Positions 1 through 12,844 are shown, counted from the first letter of the stretch. The stretch: 64,000 nucleotides of DNA from Schizochytrium sp. TIO01 (GCA_004764695.1 SMSO01000007.1:496001-560000); one strand, 5' to 3'. Program-made: numbers and translations. The notes: generated by a model from the letters alone, not told the origin.

Positions 1-3000
1 AGAAACGGCGTAGCTAGCTGTGAACTTTTGCTTTGGTGGTACTGGGCTCTTAACCTAAATTGAGGCCTCAATAGCACAATCTCGTCAGCGTTGAGCATCT
101 CATGCATTCTCTTCGGTTCTCTTCGATTCTCTTCGCTTCCCTTCTTTTGGCTTTTATTTTATTTATAAATATAATTTTTTAAGATATACAATTTTAATGT
201 AAAAGAAACAAAATAAAACTTTTACCAACAAACAAAAAATGGTACCGTAAACCTATAATACAGCATTTGTATCAATACTCATAGATGCCTTCTATTAGGT
301 AGATAAGAATAATAGGAAATAAGTCATTCTTCTTCCTGAACTTTAAAAATAAAACAGAAATACAAATACAAATATTGATTTCGTCAGATTGAACAAAGTC
401 AATTTGCCAAAAAGATAAAAAAATGTCGTGAATCAGCTGAGATGATCGTATCATCATGGTAGAAAAGCAAAGTAGCACGTCACGGTCTTCTTATCTAAAT
501 TTGAGCAATTTCAATACGATAAATTTGTGACAAAGAAATACTCGAAGAGCGATAAAGAATTGGTTTCGGGGCTCCGCAGCAGACGAGGCTGCAGTCGCTT
601 TGTTGTATAAATTTTACTTTAAATTTAAAATTTAATAAAAGCTAGTTGATACAGATATATTAGACATTAGACGATAAGTTTCGAGGGAAAGTAATTCAAT
701 GTACAAGTTAGGAATACAATCAGCACGCCCTTTCGGCCCTATATTTCAAAGGTTGCATAGAGTGCCCCATGGAAACATATTAATTAAGGGCGATCGAGTG
801 CAACAGTAACGTTGAATGGAGTTCACCCTCTGATCCTACAAAGGTTAGAGATATAGGGCAGTCTATTTATTCAAGGTATTCAATTTACACAGCCTAGGAT
901 GGAGATCTGGATCAAATAGCAGAACTCAATCTCTGACGACGAGGACGAAACATGTTCTTTCACGAAGTTCCATCCAAGTTAAATGATAGAGAGGAGTAGC
1001 CTCTGGTGAACCTGTGTGCGCCCCTCTATCTGCGAATGCAGTCGTAAAAACGCGAACGAAAGGCAATAAATCAAAGTGAAGCGCTCTGTGTCCTTGTGGG
1101 GTGCTTCCTTCAATCGCTAAACCCTCACTTCAGTTTGTAAGCGATGCGATGCTTTCGAAACAGGGCTTGTACACTAACATCAATCATAACAAACTACTTG
1201 AATTAGCATCATGTTTGTAAATGGATTCCCACGGCGCTCTTGGGATTCAGTTTAAGGAATACCATGTGCTCCCTAAGTCAACATCAAAAGACCGATTCTT
1301 AAGAGAAACGAGGTTCTTGATCTTAGCCCTAGGGTTTTCAAGCTTTTGGGAATAGTCACGTTGTGAAACGAGGTATCAGAATGGCAATCAAGTCAGAATT
1401 GCCCTTTTAAACCCCCATAGTATTTTGAAAAGATCAAACATACTGTGACGAAGGTTTGGTAAAAGCAACTTTTCGTCAGAAGATGATTTTTATTTTTTTA
1501 AAGAAAAAAATTAAATTGATTCTGTGGTACATAATTAGTAGGTAGATAGGTAGGTATTAGCTCATTTATGCTTAGTTTATTTTATTTTTTTTTAATGGAA
1601 AATGGAAAAAGGAAAAAATTGCCTATACACGAATACATGGCGTAGCACGCGACAACTTGCACGCGCTGCTCCCGAGTCCACTGCAGCTTGTGGAGTTGGA
1701 GCCCTTAAGCTAACTTTCCAGCTCAACTCTTGAGAAAAAGTTGATGTGTCTGTACCTGATTTTTGCCATATATCTCACCCATCATTTATCAGAGGCCTGC
1801 GTGTCCATCTTGATTGGGGAGCTGTCGCGCGTGATTGTAACGCGAGTCCATTGACCAAAAGCTTGCAAATAGGCTAAGCGTGAAGCTGCTAATCAAGGCT
1901 AGATATGACGTTCGGGACATTTTGGCAGGCGAGACGAAGTACTTGACCCTCTCCGGCACGCTCCCAAGCTGGTGAGTCCATCATTCTTTTAGAATAGTAC
2001 GGTAACTCCAAGATTGGTTTACAAAAGTGTAAAGGACCAACTACATCACAAGAGGCCCTGATGGCCTAGGATCAGCACCACTATTCCTACTTTCACATTA
2101 ACGAATACATAAGTGCTGCAAAGGCATTTACTTAGGATACGCCATGCGGTTTAAAAACTTCTTCCATTGTTTACACCAATTGTGTATTAAAGGCCCAATG
2201 TCAGCTAAATAGGGACATGTGGCATGTCCTCGCGGCAAGATAGACGATAACACAGAAAAGACTTTCAAACGCTCCAGCAAGAGTGTCCATTAGGCAAGAA
2301 ACTTGGTGGAATCGACCCGGCAATGAAAAGCAAGAAGGCTGGGTAGCTCGACACACAATAATATTAATTCTCGCTGATCGACTGAATGCTTGGTTTTAAA
2401 ATCATCATGAAAAAGGTGATAGATGAGGTTAGGAAAGAAAACTAACCTTCGAAACCATTCTCTCTTTCAATAGGTGATTGCTGTTCGTCAATAGTTTGAC
2501 TATATGGTAATGACGAATATTGAAAAGACGTATGACCATATTCCAAAGACCCTGGTTGTGTGAATCTGAAAACAATTACACATATACTTTAAAACACATA
2601 TACTTTAAAATATTGTGAAAAAGGTCAATTAGATAGGAAGCTCCTCGTGCTTCAATCTGAACCATGTCCAGAATGTAACTTTATCTACCACTATTTGGTT
2701 TCTGAAAAGCTTCAATGTTGTATTATCACAGAGCACCAAAGAGTACTTGTTCATCTCTAGTCGACAAATTATCAGTGACCACTTTAAAGTTCAAAAGCCT
2801 TGCTGAGAACTTGCACACGCCTTTAGCGTGTTTCCAAAAGTCTATTCCCCAAATCTTTCTCAATCACTCCTCAGAGAAAGTTGAAACGCAAATGGGCCTT
2901 TCTCAATGACCCACGTATAGACAGTATATAGCATTTAAAAGTAAGTTTATTCCAAGAACTGGAGACGAAACAGATGTAAAGCTTTTTGTTTCACGGATTA

Positions 3001-4569
3001 TAGAATAACATACTTTGCGAAATTCTGAGGCGCGTAGTTTTAAATAAAGGTAGCCATATTGGTGAGGGGCTCAGGAACGGTTCGAGTGCCTAACATTAGT
3101 TTGAACAACCCACACTGAAGTACTTTGCACTCTCATTTCTTCTAGAAACGTCAGGGAAATAGATATTAATAATCTCCTTTCTATCATGGTAAATATTGGG
3201 AATCAGGACCCATGGTAATTGCTATGCTGAGATCTCCCTTCTAAAGGATTGCGAACAAGAAATTGCTAGCAACTATGATGTACTCTAAACAATCACTATT
3301 TACATAGAACCAGAAGTACACAACCGAATGGGTGGTTATAAACTCAAGCAAGTGATAAACATACACATTGAATAGAAGAAGTATACTGAAAACCAAGTTA
3401 ATGGCTGAAGAGATATGTCAACCCCAATTCTTCAATTATATGCAGTGCAGATCAAGTCGGTCTCAATCTCTTCATTATCTTACGTTAGCAAGGGAACCTT
3501 CACCTTTAAAGTCAACCTTCAGCTGGCTAGATTCTTCTCAAATGAAATCCAGAGTATGAAAGCCGTCAATACATGACTTGGTTTACACTAATAGTATATT
3601 ATTAGGAAAGGTGTCAATTGAGAAAGCAAAGTATTCCAATTGGATTGAATTCAAGGACATATAACCCTAAACTATTCATGAGGAAACTCATGAGGTTCGG
3701 ATTTAAGAATTTCTGATTTATCCGCAATACCATTGGTGTTAAGCGTCTTTCTCTATCTTGAAGCATACTCAATACTCGAGCAAGCTCTTTCCATGTGTCT
3801 CAAGAGAGCTATAATATGTACTTTTGTGAATGAAGACAGAATATCCCTCGATATGTTCATAACTTAGGTTGACCAAAGCTTGGAAACCCTATATCGAACA
3901 GATAGAAAAATGACTCCAGCTAGATTAAGCGTTGTAGTACAGCAAACTTTAAGTCATGCACATGGATCTGTAGGTTTTGCAGCTCACAAAATTCAAAATA
4001 TTATCGGGAAAAATCTAGGTGTAGAGCCTCTTGGCTTAATTTATTTTCACGATAGTTTTTTAAAGGCTGTACAAGCAAAATGTATATTCGGGACTGGCTG
4101 CCATTATTTTCTTCAAGTCAACAGCAACAAACATAGAACTTGTTTCTGCTGCTGTGACACTTGCAATTATGCGGAACACCGCTTCTCCAGCCATAGCGAC
4201 TTACTTGACGAGTTTCAGTTTACGATCACAATCTAAACGAACTGCAAAATCGTGTTTTTTAAATCGCCGAGCAGCCAAGTTGAGGTTTTGTCTTCAATCA
4301 TACGTCGAAGAATCTCCGAACGGAAAAACTGCTTTTCCAGGGTCACCCCAGGTCGATAATATTGACACAGTGATATTTAAAACGGGTTGCGCAAGCTGCG
4401 GATGGCATTGCTTTTCTTAGCTTTGCTTCAAACCAAGACGCATGAACAACATACACATTTCTTCAGAACTTCAACTCCAGAGGCTAATTTGGTGTGTGGA
4501 AACGTCACTAAGCTTGAGCACAGTAAGCTTGCGAGGACTTACTTACCTGAAGTCTTCTTCATTAAGACT

Positions 4570-5694
4570 ATGCTCCGGTCGGTGTTTTCGCAGACTCTAG
4601 GTCGCGCAAGCGCCAATGCACCTTTGCAGAAGTGGGGTCGAGCACTCTCGTTTCAGCCTCGACCACGCTCAGTGACCTTTTCGGGCGAAAACAGCGATCG
4701 CACTGACCTTGGTTGGGCAGTTGCCGCGTGCGGAATCGTGCAAGGCAATCGTGAAGCACTCTGGAATGTTGCATGGAGCGAGCTTTCGAAGCGCAGCCAG
4801 AACAATGGAAATGCTGCTAGCCAAGAACACATTACTCTTCAGGTAGAGGACCAAGTACTCATGATGGATCAAACCACCATGGATAAATCTACTTTTGTAG
4901 AAATTGCCCAGAGTGCACAGAGCGCTATCGCTACAAACCCGGAAAAATCGACAATTTTTATGGTTGATGGCGTCATTGGAAGTGGCGTAGGGGCTCATAT
5001 TCGGGCTGTCACAGATGATGCAGCCACTGCTGGCCTTATGACTCTCATGCTGCGAAAGGCCCACGCGCCTCAAGAAAACGAGTCTTCCTCTGAAGACATT
5101 AGTATTACTTCTCGACCAGATGTCGTTTTGGTACACTCTGTTGTACCTGATGAGGAGGCACCTGGTGCCTACTGTGCTTCTTATGGCAAAAAGGTTGCCG
5201 TCCGTGGTAACGTTGGTTTTCAGCCTATCGCTGTAGCCCTCGCACAAGCTGTGAGCACAATCCTCACGGAGCGCAAGCGGGATCCTACCTTGTGTTTGCT
5301 TGGCAACCTCTACCTTAGTGGCAAGGAGTCGTCATCGTGCGATGCATTTATGGGTGTTGAGAATGTTGACGAATCTTCTGCAACTGTTGCGAGCCACCAC
5401 CTGACATGGAACTGTGAAGGAGTTGCACCCTTGTGGAACTGCATTTCGCAATCTAGCGAGCCAGAGCTTGTGCATCTTCAGGAATCCAGCGGCGAATATG
5501 TTTGCCCTGGGCCTGAGTTCACTCGCCAACGTCTCGACAGAATCATCTTCACTGCCGAGGATTCAAACCTTACACCCACAGAAACATGTGTCAAGTCAGG
5601 TCGTTTTGCTCTCAGTGGCACAAACCAGGAGCGTGTCCTTTTACAAGCATTGGTCCACTCAAGCGGTGTGGCTGTGCACCGTGGTTTGCCCTAA
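4570..5694 (+). CDS. PEPCK(ATP)-like protein, probably catalytically dead, with a mitochondrial-type presequence (~374 aa)
   Basis: First in-frame ATG at 4570 (the track ORF starts at a TTG, 4387). The N-terminus MLRSVFSQTLGRASANAPLQKWGRALSFQPRPRS is Arg/Ser-rich and acid-free. IFMVDGVIGSGVGAHIRAVTDDAATAGLMTLMLRK resembles the PEPCK segment 'FVxDxxxG...(V/I)RV(I/V)T..A'. ASHHLTWNCEGV aligns with PEPCK 'GDDEHGWxxxGV'. No GxSGTGKT P-loop. Confidence 0.6.
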   Translation: MLRSVFSQTLGRASANAPLQKWGRALSFQPRPRSVTFSGENSDRTDLGWAVAACGIVQGNREALWNVAWSELSKRSQNNGNAASQEHITLQVEDQVLMMDQTTMDKSTFVEIAQSAQSAIATNPEKSTIFMVDGVIGSGVGAHIRAVTDDAATAGLMTLMLRKAHAPQENESSSEDISITSRPDVVLVHSVVPDEEAPGAYCASYGKKVAVRGNVGFQPIAVALAQAVSTILTERKRDPTLCLLGNLYLSGKESSSCDAFMGVENVDESSATVASHHLTWNCEGVAPLWNCISQSSEPELVHLQESSGEYVCPGPEFTRQRLDRIIFTAEDSNLTPTETCVKSGRFALSGTNQERVLLQALVHSSGVAVHRGLP

Positions 5695-6529
5695 GTAATC
5701 CTGCAAGGGGCCGATGCTGCGCCCGTACCTTTTCTTTTTTACCTATACAAAAAATTCTTTATTCGATGCTTGTCCTGTTAATAGATGAAGAGCTACTGGA
5801 ATTCACCTGTATCTGTCAACCGGAGGCTACATTAAATTAGTAAATATGGCCAATATAGTTATTTCATATGTTCTATTTCTGCTTTGGCCTGGCTTCATGT
5901 CACACAATTTTTATGGTTTATTTTCCTACATGAGATGATGGGCCTAGTGCCAAGTGTATATCGAATCCATAGATTGTTGGTCTCTGCGTTGTCTCTCTCC
6001 ATCTATAACTCTACAATGGCTCTACCAACATAAACTGATATTCCTTGCGTAGGACATAAAGAATAAAACATGTACTGCTTCCCTACAATTTCCTACATTT
6101 CCGTAAACCTGGTTCCCCATTCCCTCACATGTCAAATCGCCACGCCTCCCTATTGCTTTCTTCAATTAGGCCTAGGTACTACCAGATTCTCCGTTTTACT
6201 AACTCAGACAATCTAGCGCTACACCTACACCCTGCCGACCCTACGTAGGATAGGACACTTCTTTGTGCAACGAAGTAATATTCCCTTTACAACTACACAT
6301 TAGTGTATCAACAAATGACCACCATATTCGAGCGTACCTTCCTTTTCTTTCTCCAGCAATATTCCTGCTATCGCTGCACAAAAATTGGGGTTTGAGCTGC
6401 TCTACCAGATAACTAAGCTAGTGAGTTTCATTGGAAAAGTAAACCCCATCATCGTGCGGCCCTTGCCTCTGGGTTGACCTTGCTCTGAACAAGCAGGGAC
6501 CAGTGATCCTCGCAATCATTACCACGCCG

Positions 6530-6616
6530 CTCTCATTGTCCAGCCTCCAAATCCTGCGCTCGACCCGTTCATTCAATTTTCGCAAGCGATGTGTTGTAGA
6601 TGCTGTGAAGCAAAGG
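6530..6616 (+). repeat. Diverged dispersed repeat, copy A (copy B at 15136-15210, opposite orientation)
   Basis: CTCTCAT...TCCAAATCCTGCGCTCGACCCGTTC...TAGATGCTGTGAAGCAAAGG matches the reverse complement of 15136-15210 (CTCTCAT...TCCAATCCTCCTCGAGTCCGTTC...TAGATGCGGTGAAGGAGAGG). Confidence 0.55.
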
Positions 6617-7523
6617 AGCAGACCTCTGCCTAAATTGCCTCGAGCATACCTTCTCTTGGGTGTTGACCTAACGAGACGTGGTGGAGGTCTACTTCGATCT
6701 TGAACAAGATCGCTCGGGAGCTGCAAAGGCCCTCTCTAATCTCACCCCCACGTCCTGGTGCATCTTAAAGCCCATCGATCTCAAGGTAGTCTCGAACTGC
6801 CAAAACCTCCGCCATCCATTATCTTAGTCGCCTCCATTGAATCGTGGGTAACTTAGAACAATGCAATCAACTCACACAAAGTCATGAACCACCACCGGAA
6901 ACCCGCAGCAGCCACGTTTTATGGAGGCTCGCCGAGGTGTTGGTCTCTTCTTCCGCGTGCATCGCAGTTTGGAAACAAATGCTGAAGACGGCCTCGGAAA
7001 GGCTCGATAACGCTAACGATGTTCGCCAACTTTGTTTTACATTATTTTCATAAATCGATCTATCCATTTGTTCATCGAAAAGTTGCACATCTTTGCTACC
7101 ACAAGTGCCGATAAAAATAATGCAACTAACTACCGACCTGAGGGCCAACCTGAATATTATAGACAGAGAGGCCAGTCAGTCAGTCGGTAAGTCTGTTGGC
7201 CAGTCAGCTCAAAAGCAGCAACAGCACAGGCGAGTCCTTTTACCGTTGGGCCCTGATCTGGAGCAAGCTGCCCTTGGAGTTTTAGATCTATCGTAGGTCG
7301 GTTCAGAGATTTGTAACAAAACATTTTCTGTTCATATCCTTCAGCATTTCTTCACCTATAAACAACTTGAACGTAAACATACAAAGAAGCAATCGTCGCC
7401 ATAGCGAACGCTCTGCTATTGTACCTCAACTCTCTCTATGAGACGGAATCATCGACTATGGACATCGCAAAGCTTCGCGCCAAAACATACAGAAGAAGGC
7501 AGGCAGTTTCACTGGTCAGCTGC

Positions 7524-7945
7524 GACTAACGGCGGCGGCGTCGTTAGTCCAGCTTATACTTGTATCAACCCGTTCACAGCCAAGAGGCCGTCGTTAGGTC
7601 GTTAGGTGAAGAAGAACGGTTGCCTTCTATCTGGGGTTAGGTAACTGCTAAGGTCTGCGTGAGTGGGTGGATAATGATAAGAAATATTGTCAATAAGGGA
7701 ATAGTTAAGAAAGAGTGATAGTGAGGTTGATAATGGCTATGAAAAGCGTAGAGCGCAGCAAACGAGGATCTCGGAAGCGGGTCGAGCTCCTGGAGCGTGG
7801 CGGAGTCGGAGAGACTTTGAGAGGCAGCTGGGGCAGTCTCGAGTGGCTGCTGGGCCTCGAGGACGCGCTGAGCGTTGTTTGCTTGGCTGGAGGCGCGGAG
7901 ATTGACTGCATTACACACGTGCAGCAGTCCCAAAACCTAACGACG
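7524..7945. promoter_or_regulatory. Cluster of CTAACG(G/A)C motifs (Myb/MSA-like) upstream of the NPAT-like gene
   Basis: GACTAACGGCG-gcgg-CGTCGTTAGTC hairpin at 7524-7549, CGTCGTTAGG at 7589-7598, GTCGTTAGG at 7598-7606 and CCTAACGACG at 7936-7945. Confidence 0.3.
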
Positions 7946-8243
7946 AGTTCGCTCAGGTTTATTTACATACATACAATACTTGTCTCGGCAACCTCGTGGA
8001 CTCTGACCCTGCTCTGCGACGAGCAATCAACTACACTGTTCGTAGTTGAGCGCAATTGTGGACGCAAGTTCTTGTGCTTTGCAGCGAGAGCAGCAAAGCT
8101 AGCTCCAAAGGAGTTGCAGGCGGGCAAACGAACTATTCAATCAGCTCGATACTCTCCGTCATCATTCACTCCATACAAATACTTACGGCAGGATAATTGA
8201 CGTGCGAGAATTGACGCAAGACGCTTAACACCACGCTACCACA

Positions 8244-10202
8244 ATGTCCGAGGGCGTCCACGCCGCCAAGGAAGTGGCGCCCCATGAGGTAGTCCTAATC
8301 ATGCTACACTACCTTCGCAGCAAAGGTCTTAAGAACAGTTTTACCACACTGCTCGCTGAAGCCAAGCAACACTGGAAGATCTCAGAACCTAGTCCTGGAT
8401 CCCTCCGTGATCTAGGTGCCATCCTTCAAGATTACCTGCGCCTTCGTGCTGAGAAACTCCAAAATGCATTAGCTCTCCGTGACTCTGGGCTGCACAAAGA
8501 GACCTTAGATTTCATGGAAAAGCTGTCTGTACTTGTGCAGGACTACGCCATCGTCAAAGAACGTGCTCTTGAGCGTGTCTCGAGCAACGAATACTCCGAC
8601 CGTCGCGTACGCATCTCCTCAAGCAATGGTCCCATCAACGGCAGCGGGAATGAGATGGACCACAACACTAGCAACAGTGGTGCTGGAACAACAAGTATTC
8701 ATAATGGCAGCGCATCAGCTGGAGTCCATACTAGCTCAGGGTATCCTGGTAAGAAGAAGGTTTCTGCAGGTGCCCAAAATGTGCCGTTGTCTCAGATGCA
8801 CGGGAGCAGCGACACAAAGTCGTCGTCGTCAGCCTCTCTTTCTGAAGTCGTAGGATCCATGACAGCGCAGCTCAAACAAAGAAATGGCAAACAGCAACAA
8901 CATCAGCAGGTCTCCTCCGGCGCGCACTCCAAACAGCAGCAACCGCATAAGTCGCGAAGCAACAACGGTTTTACCGGATCATCGCACTCGATGAGCGATG
9001 GCGAATCATTTAGCTCTCTCGGGCATACGCTTAATTCGAGCAGTGCGTCATACATGAGTAGCAGAAACCTACCGCCTACCAGCAACAACAACCCTTCGTC
9101 GTCGATGAATAACGGAGGTAACAATCATAACCTTCAATCAGGCGGCAACGGGAGTGGCGATGTCTCATCGAACAAGCATCTGAGGCAGAGGTCCCAGGAG
9201 GATATGGCCGCCCCTTCTCTGCCAGGTAGTAACTCCATGTCTAACATCGGTGCCTCCGGTGGTCACAATGGCGGCGATTCAACACCGACAATGACCCCGC
9301 GGCGATCAAGATCTGGACGCCCCATCCGTCCTCCTTTGATGTCTGACCAAACCCCACCGACAAAGACAAACCTGAGCCATTCAGTTTTGTCATCGTCTAA
9401 GCCATCTCATCTTAACGATAGTTTGACCTTCAGCAACATTAGCTTTTCTAATGCTTCGCCAATTGAGAAGGATTGCAGCACATCTCGCATCCGGATGACA
9501 CCCTTACATGACCATGAACTCTCTCTTGGTCCCTTAGAAAATACGTCTGGATCGCCCATTTTCACCTTTGATTTTGATAACGGGCGCACGAGCCGCAGCG
9601 TCCTTGCTCCAGGTGACGAAAGTCTGGGCTCAATTCTGGATGGCAACTCACTTCTTGGAAGATCTAACATATCTCAAATCTTGAGAGAAGATTCTTCTTT
9701 CAACACTGGGCTTGACGGTAACCAAACGCATAGTGTGGCACCACTTAATGTGACTGAAGCCTTGAGAGCAGCAACTGCTGGCCTTAATTCGGTATCACAA
9801 AGCACACCTCAGAAGCTGGTAGGTCCCAAGTCTGCTGCCTCCCATCACCGCAAGAAAAGTGACCACAGCAAAGACGAACTTGATAGCAGCAGCTCAGCTC
9901 GTCGTAAGCGCAGGATAACACCTTCTTGCATTTCACCAAATGTGAATAACAGCCCCCCTCCATCATCATCATCCTCAACATCATCTAATTCAAACAACAC
10001 TCAAGCCAAACGAAGGAAAACATCCACAAGCTTTCGCTCACCAATGAGCACAGCAAGCAACAGTAGTCGTAGCCGTCGGGGGCCTTCAGGGAGCCCTATG
10101 CCGACCAAAGCTGGTGGACCAGCTTGCGGATCTGCAGCAGGAGACAAACTTGCAGTTGGCGTAGATGTGGACTCTTTCTTGTCCAAGGTCGCGTACAACT
10201 AG
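8244..10202 (+). CDS. LisH-domain, low-complexity nuclear protein resembling NPAT/Mxc (histone locus body scaffold), 652 aa
   Basis: N-terminal LisH (VAPHEVVLIMLHYLRSKGLKNSFTTLLAEA) followed by LRDLGAILQDYLRLRAEK, like NPAT 'KNLTTILNEYVAMK'. Ser/Asn-rich disordered middle with S/T-P sites (TPRR, TPQK). Basic NLS-like RRKRR and KRRK. C-terminus GVDVDSFLSKVAYN, like NPAT 'GMDVDKFLLSLHYDE'. Confidence 0.75.
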   Translation: MSEGVHAAKEVAPHEVVLIMLHYLRSKGLKNSFTTLLAEAKQHWKISEPSPGSLRDLGAILQDYLRLRAEKLQNALALRDSGLHKETLDFMEKLSVLVQDYAIVKERALERVSSNEYSDRRVRISSSNGPINGSGNEMDHNTSNSGAGTTSIHNGSASAGVHTSSGYPGKKKVSAGAQNVPLSQMHGSSDTKSSSSASLSEVVGSMTAQLKQRNGKQQQHQQVSSGAHSKQQQPHKSRSNNGFTGSSHSMSDGESFSSLGHTLNSSSASYMSSRNLPPTSNNNPSSSMNNGGNNHNLQSGGNGSGDVSSNKHLRQRSQEDMAAPSLPGSNSMSNIGASGGHNGGDSTPTMTPRRSRSGRPIRPPLMSDQTPPTKTNLSHSVLSSSKPSHLNDSLTFSNISFSNASPIEKDCSTSRIRMTPLHDHELSLGPLENTSGSPIFTFDFDNGRTSRSVLAPGDESLGSILDGNSLLGRSNISQILREDSSFNTGLDGNQTHSVAPLNVTEALRAATAGLNSVSQSTPQKLVGPKSAASHHRKKSDHSKDELDSSSSARRKRRITPSCISPNVNNSPPPSSSSSTSSNSNNTQAKRRKTSTSFRSPMSTASNSSRSRRGPSGSPMPTKAGGPACGSAAGDKLAVGVDVDSFLSKVAYN

Positions 10203-12385
10203 GAAGAAGCTCTTTCGCCTCCCAGTCCATATTTCCAAAGGTAGCCGTTCGTCCGATCGGCACATACTCAATCTAATCAAACGCTACACAATGATACCTG
10301 GTTGCCGCTACTACTTAGATGCCTTCCTTCGCCGCAGAGATTTTGATGTAAGTGTCCAGTTCTTGCAGACTCTCTCCAAAACTACTACTATTACTTCTTC
10401 TACTACTACTATTCTCTTCGTGTTTCAGCTGAAGGGTCTCATCAACTTTCTTCATTCTGACCTGGAAAAGTATTTTGCCGATGCAAAGCTTCAAATTTTA
10501 AACACAGCAGCAGCCAGATCCCACCCCCCTCTAAAACTCAACCAAGCCCGCGCGCCTTCGTCGCATGGATCGATGTGTGATAATCGTACATATAATAATA
10601 AATTCAATCAAGCCAAGTTCTCACCTGATATCAATCAACTCTTGACGTATCAATCCTCCGTGCAAAATCAAAACTTGCGTCCAATTGTTCATGATGGAAA
10701 CATAGTTGCCTCTCATACGAGATTGAAAAGTTGGAGTTATGACCGACATTGCATTGTACCATTCATCACTACTTTTTCACCGCATCATAAATAATTATTG
10801 CTATCGAAGTAAGTTCTATGCATTTCCTAGCTCCTGCTTAGATCCTTAGCATGAGTTCGCAAACCTCACTTCCAATCCATGACAAATGCACTTTTCGCAG
10901 GTCTAGAGATTCATTCTTTCATGAACACGCCCTGAAGCAAACTTCACGTCACTCGAAGCAAGCAATTGCTCTATTTAATAATATTTAGTTAGGTTCAGAA
11001 CTGCAAAAACTTAATTATTTGGGATTGGAAAGCTGTTCATTATTGAATTCAGACTATTGTACGTTGGCTACGCCAGCACTTTCTGTTCAACTTGAACCTT
11101 AGGTACCTATCACAGCCCATACTCCGTTTCTTGGATAGGCTATATATAACTTTACAGGCTACTGTAATGCACAATTCTTATTATTCATTCTCGAGAAATA
11201 TTTTCCATTTCGGTGGTTTGCGTTTCCTCCCAAGCTCCTGGTTAACTCTTTCTGGACCCAGCCAATTAGATAACGTGCAATGTCTCCTACTTTAAATCCA
11301 AAATCGGAACTCAGGTTTCGAAGATGTTCTTGACAAAGCACGCCCGGTTGGCAGTGGATATATCTTCGTTCAACGAAATTCGCGTGTAAACTTTAACTCC
11401 GCGAGCGAGGAGCCCTTGCATTGGCCGTGTTTGGCTGCAGTGATTCCTACACGTTGCTCACGTTTGTTTGGAGCCCGTCACAAGCCTCGCGTTTTCGAGG
11501 CTCTCTATGTGCACGTACACCCTGGGCCAAATCTCGAGTTCTCGGTCTTCGAGTTGCTTTCCTATCTTTTCTTTCATGCAAGAGAGGGAGGAGGATCTTG
11601 GACCGCTCAGCGTCGTCTCGCCGTCTCTGCTTTCCGCTCTCTACTAAGAATTGGGGCAAACACGATCTGATACATGCAGACTGAAGATGCGGCTGAAGGG
11701 ATCTTCACGTCGTTTGGATGCAGCGCAATTGTTCAAGGCTTGAACGCAATCAGAAAAGGATTGGACCATAAATGTGCGAGGAAATCAATGCGTACGTAGA
11801 TAAATAGCTGCGTTCTTACTACCTGACTGAACATTTATGTAATTATAGAAATCAAGAAATCAAGAGACCAATCAACCAAACTAAAACAAACCAGAATTTT
11901 TTTAAATAAATTAAATGCAATTCAATTAAAAATAATAATAAAATAATAAATAGAATGAAAACAAAAAACCCAGGCATATCTTCATATCTTCGCCTGTTGC
12001 TTTCTTCGATTAGCAACGAGTATTGCATTGCTTGTGGCGCAACGTAGAATCCCGAGCGCGAAGAACAGCGCAGACGAGCTCAGTCTCTACAATCTGCTTC
12101 ACCCAGAGCGTTCTTTCATGCAATGCTTTGAAGGTCACTTAAGAAGAAAAGAAAAGAAATGAGTGGCAGGTGAACAAGCAAACAAACAACTCGAAACAAA
12201 CATGCCTGGTTCGGAATATCAGGTGGCATACGCACGTACGCCACTTCGTCTTTCCGAAGTGAGCTGACTTTGGCAATTCGCAGTAGCGAATCAGCAAAAG
12301 GCCAGCGAGAACTTTGTTGAAGTTTGTTGAAAGGCCGCACGAGCCTCTCCAAAGTCCCTCTTCAGAGACTTGGAATCGGGCTGGC

Positions 12386-12386
<1 letters not shown>

Positions 12387-12421
<35 letters not shown>
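12387..12421. repeat. (GCTT)n microsatellite
   Basis: Directly visible, about 8 units; complementary to the (AAGC)n tract at 12677. Confidence 0.95.
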
Positions 12422-12676
12422 ACCCATGAACCAAAACTATGCACCAACAACAGCAGATTGACAGGAGAAGCTCCTAGAAATTGCAAGCTTCAATCAGCTG
12501 CGCTGCTGCACGTCTGCGTGGCTTCGAGCTGGTCTGCGCGGCCCTGCGTGCCTGGGCAGGCCTCCTGGAGACCAGTTCGCGGCAGGCAGTTCGGCGCTTC
12601 ACGGCAGTTCTGGCGTCGGCATCTTCCTCGTGCACGATCGTCATCAGGCAGGCAAGACCTGAGTTCGGAGGCGCCA

Positions 12677-12844
<168 letters not shown>

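Noticed and set aside
2700-3900. Coding-like but stop-riddled AT-rich stretch (similar ones at 31560-31883 and 59750-60650)
   Set aside because: Possibly decayed genes, but no family motif could be recognised, so no call is supportable.
4387-4569. Signal-peptide-like N-terminus (MRKLRMALLFLALL) in the track ORF
   Set aside because: The track start is TTG. An ATG at 4402 is possible, but the region reads like UTR and ATG 4570 begins a convincing presequence; unresolved without transcripts.
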